DNA of 64,000 nucleotides from NCBI GenBank assembly GCA_963804645.1, contig CAWDRG010000004.1, forward strand, positions 32,001-96,000. The letters run 5' to 3'. A program made the position numbers and the translations under genes. The stretch's first letter is position 1, and each line of letters opens with the position of its first letter. Positions 58,472 to 64,000 of the stretch are shown piece by piece. This DNA comes from an uncultured Bacillota bacterium (lineage in GTDB: Bacteria; Sysuimicrobiota; Sysuimicrobiia; Sysuimicrobiales; Segetimicrobiaceae). Under the pieces are notes generated by a model. The model did not search any database. It saw only the letters and a program-made list of their open reading frames with translations, and had not been told where the DNA came from.

Positions 58472-59296
58472 TTACGGGGCGGCCGGACTGGCGTCGCTCG
58501 CGACGAACCGCGCGCTCTCCTCCGAGGAGATCCAGACCCGCGTCATGCCGTAGACGACGTAGCGGAGGTACCCCGAGGTCGAGAGGTAGTCGGTCTCGGC
58601 TGAAAACGGATGCAGGTGGCGAACATCCGGGAGTCCGGTGACGCCGGCCACCCCCGGGATCGTCGTGATGGTGGCATCAGTTGGGCCGACCCGCTGCGGG
58701 ACCGTCCCCGGGAGGGGGGCGGTCGGACCCGCCGTCACGGCCCCGGCCGGCGCCGCGACCGAACTCACGGACGGCGCGGCGGGCACCGACTGCGGCTGCG
58801 GCGCCGCGAGCGGCGCGAAAACCATCACGGCGGCGACCGCGCCGTGTTCGAGCCCGAAGCCGAGCCCAAGCGAGCTGTAGAGCACGCCGGGCATGCCCTC
58901 GACCGCGCCCGCGGTGGAGGTGGTGCCCAGCGCGTGCGTGAGGCTGGCCGCGGGGGTTCCAATGTGGATCCCGTCGATGTCGACTAAGACGCTGTTCGTC
59001 GTGGTCAGGGCCACCACCACGCCGTTGGTGACGTACGCGGTGATGCCGTAGGGGTCGAAGACGTAGGCCAGGGTTCCGTCCGTCCCCGCGAGCCGCACTT
59101 GGGTGACCGGTCCGAGCCGCGAGATCACCGAGTTGATATCAGCGCCGAGTGCGATGCCGCCGACCGATGTCCCTGGCACGACCCCAGTCGGGCTGTCGGC
59201 GTGCACGGCAAACGGCGTCCGGTACGGCAGGGCGCACAGCGCGAGTGCCACGCAGGCGCCGGCCACTAAGATTAAGACGCGCGGCGACCCCATCAT
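58472..59296 (-). CDS. Secreted hypothetical protein (PGxSVG-type domain)
   Basis: Signal peptide; domain shared with the ORFs at 23730 and 25234. Confidence 0.65.
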   Translation of the reverse strand: MMGSPRVLILVAGACVALALCALPYRTPFAVHADSPTGVVPGTSVGGIALGADINSVISRLGPVTQVRLAGTDGTLAYVFDPYGITAYVTNGVVVALTTTNSVLVDIDGIHIGTPAASLTHALGTTSTAGAVEGMPGVLYSSLGLGFGLEHGAVAAVMVFAPLAAPQPQSVPAAPSVSSVAAPAGAVTAGPTAPLPGTVPQRVGPTDATITTIPGVAGVTGLPDVRHLHPFSAETDYLSTSGYLRYVVYGMTRVWISSEESARFVASDASPAAP

Positions 59297-59476
59297 CGGT
59301 TCCCCCCGCTCGGTCTGGGCTCGACTGGTGCCGTGTCGTATAGTATGATCGTGGCCATTATATCGCGTCATCCGGTTTCGTGCCAGTCCAAACGCCTAGG
59401 CATAATGGGGGCGGTCACAAGACAGTATGTCTGGGAGCGAGCGCACGGCCGGTAGGACCCCGGGGGCGTCGGCGGC

Positions 59477-60226
59477 ATGACCGGCGCGACCCTGCTGCTC
59501 TCCTTCATCCTCGGCGCCATGTTCGGCAGCTTCGCAAACGTGCTGATTCACCGGTTGCCCTACGGGGAGTCGATCGTCGCCCCACGGTCTCACTGCCCCG
59601 CCTGCTTCACGACGATCGCCCCCTGGGACAACGTGCCGATCCTGAGCTTTCTGGTGCTGCGCGGACGATGCCGGAGCTGCGGGGCGCCCATTCCGGTCCG
59701 CTATCTCCTGGTCGAGGTCACGATGGGCCTCCTCGCGGTCGCGGTTGTCGCGCACTTCGGCCTGACCCTCGACGCCTTCCGCTTCGGACTCCTGGCGTTC
59801 CTGCTGCTGGTGGTCGTCTGGACCGACATCGAACACGGGATCATCCCGAACGCAGTTACCTATCCGGGAATCGTGTTGGGCCTGGCGTCCAGCGCGCTCG
59901 CCGGTGTGGGGCTGTCGGCGCTCGAGGCGGCCGCGGGCGCGGCGGCCGTGTTTCTCGCGATCTCGATCGTCAGTCGCGGCGGCATGGGCGGCGGTGACGT
60001 GAAACTGGCGGCGATGATGGGGGCGTTTCTCGGCGGCCCGGCGATCATCGTCGCGTTGTTCTTGGCCGTCGCGCTGGGGGCGCTGGTGGGAATCGTGCTG
60101 ATCGTCCTGCGCCTGAGGACGCGGAAGCAGACCATCCCGTTCGGTCCCTCGCTGGCGGTGGGGGCGCTGATCGCTGTCTTTGCGGCTAACGATCTGGTAA
60201 GATGGTATATAACCTGGTTGTGGTGA
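59477..60226 (+). CDS. pilD: Prepilin peptidase / N-methyltransferase
   Basis: GSFANVLIHRLP, SHCPAC, GRCRSC, MGGGDVKL and IPFGPSL. Confidence 0.95.
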   Translation: MTGATLLLSFILGAMFGSFANVLIHRLPYGESIVAPRSHCPACFTTIAPWDNVPILSFLVLRGRCRSCGAPIPVRYLLVEVTMGLLAVAVVAHFGLTLDAFRFGLLAFLLLVVVWTDIEHGIIPNAVTYPGIVLGLASSALAGVGLSALEAAAGAAAVFLAISIVSRGGMGGGDVKLAAMMGAFLGGPAIIVALFLAVALGALVGIVLIVLRLRTRKQTIPFGPSLAVGALIAVFAANDLVRWYITWLW

Positions 60227-60245
60227 CGCCGGAGGTCGGACTGCC

Positions 60246-60974
60246 GTGCTGAATCGGATTCGCGAGTTTTCATATAAGCAACCGGCTGCGACTGCCGTGA
60301 TCGCGTTCCTCCTGATCGGCGTGGCGTTCTTCCGAATTTATCAGACGGCGAACAAGCGAGTGCCGTCCGCGCCGCCTCAGGCCGTCGTGCCCGCCACTCC
60401 GAACCCCAGCACCGCGGCGACCGCCCCTGGCGGTGTGCCCGCCCCGTCGACACCGCCAACGTCAGGCGTGCCGCTGCCGCCCGGGGTCGGCGGGACACCG
60501 ACGTCCCCGTCGGGCGGACTCCCGCTTCCGCCGGGATCGTCCGCGGCGAACGGGGCAGCGCCGGCGGCAAGCGCTGGTGCAGCGGCCGGCCGGCCGGATC
60601 CGTTCGAGGCGCCCGCGGGCTACGTATTCGTTGGGTCGGGGCCGACTCCGAGCAGGCCCGCCGCCGGAGGATCGCGGTCTGGAGCCGGGCTCCCGCCCGT
60701 GCCGCCGCTGCCGCCGGGCCTCGGTGGGGGACCCGGAACGTCCTCGCCCACCGCATCGGCGCCGCCGGCGCCGCTGTACCGTCTGACCGGGGTCCTCGGC
60801 GGACCGCGGGCGGTCGCAATCTTAGTGGATAAAGACGGAAGTCATATCGTGTCCGCCGGAGACGTGCTCGCGCCCGGCGTGCGGGTGCTGGCGATCGACC
60901 CGCTGCACGGCGTGGTGCAGTTGGATCAGTACGGCTCGACGGTCGAGGTGCGTCTGGCCGCGCCCGCAGGTTAA
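60246..60974 (+). CDS. Pro-rich single-TM protein with PilP/GspC-like C-terminal domain
   Basis: RPDPF motif and YRLTGVLGG..AIL...HIVSAGD. Confidence 0.55.
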   Translation: MLNRIREFSYKQPAATAVIAFLLIGVAFFRIYQTANKRVPSAPPQAVVPATPNPSTAATAPGGVPAPSTPPTSGVPLPPGVGGTPTSPSGGLPLPPGSSAANGAAPAASAGAAAGRPDPFEAPAGYVFVGSGPTPSRPAAGGSRSGAGLPPVPPLPPGLGGGPGTSSPTASAPPAPLYRLTGVLGGPRAVAILVDKDGSHIVSAGDVLAPGVRVLAIDPLHGVVQLDQYGSTVEVRLAAPAG

Positions 60975-61028
60975 ATGAGCGGGCGGGCTGGATGACGGCT
61001 TCGCCGCGGGCGTGACTCTCCGCAACGT

Positions 61029-62681
61029 ATGACGGCGCCGAGTTCGGAGGGGGCGCCGCCCGTGGCAGCGGATGGCGGCGCGGGCTGGTCCGCGGGCGCG
61101 CTGGTGCAGCCGCCGGCGGTCGGCGCGGCCGGGACCGTGTGGGTGCGGTGCCCCGCAGTGCTCGTTCGGTACTGGGAGCCGCTCGCGCTGGGCGCGGTGC
61201 TGGTTGTTGCGTGCGCCCTTCGATTCGACCTCCTGAGCGTCCGGCCGCTGTGGTTCGACGAAGCCTTCAGCCTCAACACCGCGAGACAAACGTTTTCGGC
61301 GCTGTGGGAGTTCTTCAAGACGAACGACTCCCACCCGATCGGCTACTACGCACTGCTCTCCGCGTGGATCCGTTGGTTCGGGACCGGGCTCGCGGCGATG
61401 CGCATGTTGTCGCTCTTGTTCGGCGTCGCGGCCGTCGCGCTGACCTGGGCCGTCGGCCGGCGGATGTGCTCGCCGCAGATCGGGGTCGTCGCCGCCGCGC
61501 TGGTCGCGCTGCACCCGTACCAGATCTTCAGCAGCAACGAGCTGCGGATGTACGCGCCGCTCACCGCGCTGGCGCTCGTCTCCACGTGGTGCGTGTGGCG
61601 CGCGGCGGACCCCGGCGCGCCGTGGTGGCGGTGGGCGCTGTACGGGACGAGCGTCGCCGCGATGGGCTACGTGAGCTACTACGCGTGGCTCCTCGTGCCG
61701 GCGCAGGTGCTGTGGCTGGCATCCGTCCTGCCGTGGAGGCGGGCGGCGGTGTGCGCGGGGCTCGCCGGCGCGGTGGCGCTCGCCTGGTACGCGCCGTGGA
61801 TCCCCGTGATTGTGACGCTGCCGCAGCGCCTGCCGTGGGCGTGGCGCACGCCGGTGAATCCGTACTGGCTGGCGAGCCTCCTGACGTCGCAGACGTTCGG
61901 GACGTACCTGTTCGATACGGGGAGTTACTTCACGATCGGCCACGTGCCGTTCCCGACCTATTCCGTGCTGCTGTTTCCGTTCGGCGTGCTCCTCGCGGTC
62001 GGCGTCGCGGTGCTCGGCCGTGTGAACGGGCGCGCGCGCGGGCTCATCGTGCTGTCGTGGCTCCTGCCGATCGTTCTGGTGGTCGTGGTGTCGCTCGCAG
62101 TGGGCCGGCAGTTTGCGTTTCCTCGCCATCTCGTGTTCGTGGAACCGTTCGCGGCCCTGCTGCTCGCCGCCGGGATCGTGCACGCGGGCGGCGCCGCGCG
62201 CCCCGGGTCTCGCGCCCGGCTGGTGCTGCCGCTGATCGCCGGCGGGTTGGTGCTGGCGTTCGCCATCCCGGTGGTCGCGAATGTGAACGACGCGTCGATG
62301 CTGCCGTACCGCTGGGACCTCGCGGCGCAACTGGTCCGCACCGAGATCCGCCGCGGCGATATCATCGTGTACTTCCCGGGCGTCATGTCGGAGCCGCTCG
62401 ACTACTATTACCAGCCGCGCGCCCCCCAGTTGTTTGTGACGCCGTCATCGCACGGATGGACGGAGCGCGACATCGAGCCGGGCATCCGGGAGGCGATCGC
62501 CCTGATCGTAAAAGGATCGTACCGGCGGGTGTGGCTGGTGTTCAGCACGCCCTGGCCGCCGGGCAGCCTCGAGGCGTTCTCGCGTGGGCTCGAACACGTG
62601 GGCTACCGGCAGGGCTCGCTCTCGGACTTCCGCGAGGTGTGGGTCGCCAAGTTCGACCGCACCGCCGCGGCCGTGCGGTAG
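61029..62681 (+). CDS. GT-C (GT39/PMT-like) membrane glycosyltransferase, paralog of 35163
   Basis: LWFDEAFS, DSHPIGYY, SNELRMY and QTFGTYLF shared with the paralog. Confidence 0.85.
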   Translation: MTAPSSEGAPPVAADGGAGWSAGALVQPPAVGAAGTVWVRCPAVLVRYWEPLALGAVLVVACALRFDLLSVRPLWFDEAFSLNTARQTFSALWEFFKTNDSHPIGYYALLSAWIRWFGTGLAAMRMLSLLFGVAAVALTWAVGRRMCSPQIGVVAAALVALHPYQIFSSNELRMYAPLTALALVSTWCVWRAADPGAPWWRWALYGTSVAAMGYVSYYAWLLVPAQVLWLASVLPWRRAAVCAGLAGAVALAWYAPWIPVIVTLPQRLPWAWRTPVNPYWLASLLTSQTFGTYLFDTGSYFTIGHVPFPTYSVLLFPFGVLLAVGVAVLGRVNGRARGLIVLSWLLPIVLVVVVSLAVGRQFAFPRHLVFVEPFAALLLAAGIVHAGGAARPGSRARLVLPLIAGGLVLAFAIPVVANVNDASMLPYRWDLAAQLVRTEIRRGDIIVYFPGVMSEPLDYYYQPRAPQLFVTPSSHGWTERDIEPGIREAIALIVKGSYRRVWLVFSTPWPPGSLEAFSRGLEHVGYRQGSLSDFREVWVAKFDRTAAAVR

Positions 62682-62801
62682 CGCGGCGGACTCCGAGCCG
62701 TGGCGGACGCGGCACCGCTCGTGCCCCCGTCGATCGGCGCCGCGGCGAGTCCCGTGCGACGTCCGTACATGATGCGCGCGGCGCACACGCGTCTCGCCGC
62801 G

Positions 62802-62831
62802 TTGACACTCGCGTCGGTCGAGTGTTATTCT
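62802..62831 (+). promoter_or_regulatory. Sigma70 promoter overlapped by a CIRCE-like inverted repeat
   Basis: TTGACA, 18 bp spacer, TATTCT preceded by TG; TTGACACTC-N9-GAGTGTTAT. Confidence 0.55.
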
Positions 62832-62993
62832 TTTTCTGCGTTCGCGCCCGCCGGGACTGCTTCGTCGTGCTTCACGGGCACGCGTGCTCGCTGGAGGCGG
62901 TGAAGTTGGCGAGGGAAGTTCCCCCGCGTCCGGCGGGCTTCGAGTTCGGTGGGACGATGCGGCGCGGCGATCGAGACGCAAGGGGGTTCCACG

Positions 62994-63311
62994 GTGGGTG
63001 AGGACGAGGACGTCATCAAGTTGCTCGACGAGGACGGCGCGGAGCACGAGTTCAGCGTGGTGGACGTGCTCGACGTCGGGGAACAGCGTTACGCGATCCT
63101 GCAGCCGGTTTCCGCGGGTCAAGACGCCGACACGGCCGTGATCTTTCGCATGGAAGACGAGGCGCTCGTGACGATCGAGGACGACGCCGAGTTCGAGCGG
63201 GTGCGTCAGGCGTTCGAGGAGTCGCACGGCGACGAGGACGAAGCGCCCGCGGACGACTCGGGCGCGGACCACGAGCATTCCTCGGAAGACCACGGATCGA
63301 CCGCGCACTAA
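62994..63311 (+). CDS. DUF1292 family acidic protein
   Basis: IKLLDEDGAEHEF.V..VL.V...YAILQP...IEDDAEFERV. Confidence 0.85.
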   Translation: MGEDEDVIKLLDEDGAEHEFSVVDVLDVGEQRYAILQPVSAGQDADTAVIFRMEDEALVTIEDDAEFERVRQAFEESHGDEDEAPADDSGADHEHSSEDHGSTAH

Positions 63312-63327
63312 CCCGGAGGCGCACGCG

Positions 63328-63816
63328 GTGCACCCCTGGCTGCAGCCCGCGGCTCGGCACGACACGATCTACGACGTCGATCCGCGGCAGCTCACCGCGC
63401 GGGGTCTCCGGGGCCTGATCCTCGACCTCGACAACACCCTGGTTCCGTGGGGGGTCCGCGAGGCCCCCGACGCGCTCGGCGTCTGGGTGCAGGGCGCCCG
63501 CGCCGCCGGCCTGCAGCTGTGCATCGTCAGCAACAACGGGGGCGCCCGCGTCGTGGCGCTCGCGCGCGCCCTCGAGGTGCCGGTGCTGACGGACGCGTGG
63601 AAGCCGCTCCCCGGCAAGCTGCGGCGCGCGCTCGCGATGATGGGCACCACCACCGAGACGACCGCGCTGGTCGGCGATCAGGTGTTCACCGACGTGCTCG
63701 GCGGAAACGGCCTCGGGCTGTACACGATTTTGGTCCGCCCGCAGGGTGGCCACGAGTTCGTGCTGACGCGACTCGTGCGGATGGTGGAGCGCGTCGTGCT
63801 CCGGGGTATGCGGTGA
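63328..63816 (+). CDS. yqeG: YqeG-family HAD IIIA phosphatase
   Basis: LDLDNTLVPW, IVSNN, KP and VGDQVFTDVLGGN. Confidence 0.9.
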   Translation: MHPWLQPAARHDTIYDVDPRQLTARGLRGLILDLDNTLVPWGVREAPDALGVWVQGARAAGLQLCIVSNNGGARVVALARALEVPVLTDAWKPLPGKLRRALAMMGTTTETTALVGDQVFTDVLGGNGLGLYTILVRPQGGHEFVLTRLVRMVERVVLRGMR

Positions 63817-63844
63817 CCCGCGCGCATCGACGGTGGGACCTCTG

Positions 63845-64000
63845 ATGGCCGACCACCTTGCGCGGACGCGCCGCTACCTCGCCGACGCGGGCGTGGACGG
63901 CCTGCTGTTGTTCAAGCCGGAGAACCGACGCTACGCCACCGGGTTCACGGGGTCTGCGGGCCTCGCGTGTGTGACCGCGGGTGACGCGCTGCTCGCGGTC
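63845..64000 (+). CDS. Xaa-Pro aminopeptidase (M24) N-terminus, runs off window
   Basis: VDGLLLFKPENRRYATGFTGSAG, a creatinase-N motif. Confidence 0.75.
   Translation, partial: MADHLARTRRYLADAGVDGLLLFKPENRRYATGFTGSAGLACVTAGDALLAV

Overview
High-GC bacterial chromosome segment. It encodes a secretin, so the cell is probably diderm, yet it carries Terrabacteria-type genes (DUF1292, YqeG, SigB/F-like sigma). An Armatimonadota/Sysuimicrobiota-like lineage is plausible, but that is only an inference. Layout: (1) nadD end, rsfS and tRNA-Ala(GGC). A ~3.65 kb eroded island sits in the tRNA, with a 55-bp att repeat, a tyrosine-integrase remnant, paired arm-type sites, and PEP-CTERM and Tyr-rich secreted cargo. 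(2) Housekeeping block: leuS, ECF sigma/anti-sigma/RseB-like genes, MazG-like, pdaD-speE-speB, rpsU, NUDIX, class-III aminotransferase, alaS, yqgF/ruvX. (3) A ~39 kb type IV pilus-dominated region: pilT/pilU, secretin, lytic transglycosylase, pilMNO, four prepilins, pilC, O-antigen-ligase-like gene, MshEN-PilB, an HD/HEAT pair, pilD and two GT39 glycosyltransferases, interspersed with kdpED, Fur and a NarL-type two-component system. (4) DUF1292, yqeG and an M24 peptidase. The most notable signal is a GEMM-I (c-di-GMP-I-fold) riboswitch ahead of pilT whose ligand-pairing position (Vc2 C92) appears to be U, hinting at altered cyclic-dinucleotide specificity. Many single-base frameshifts between ~25 and 37.5 kb look like assembly errors, so single-base claims there need read-level confirmation.
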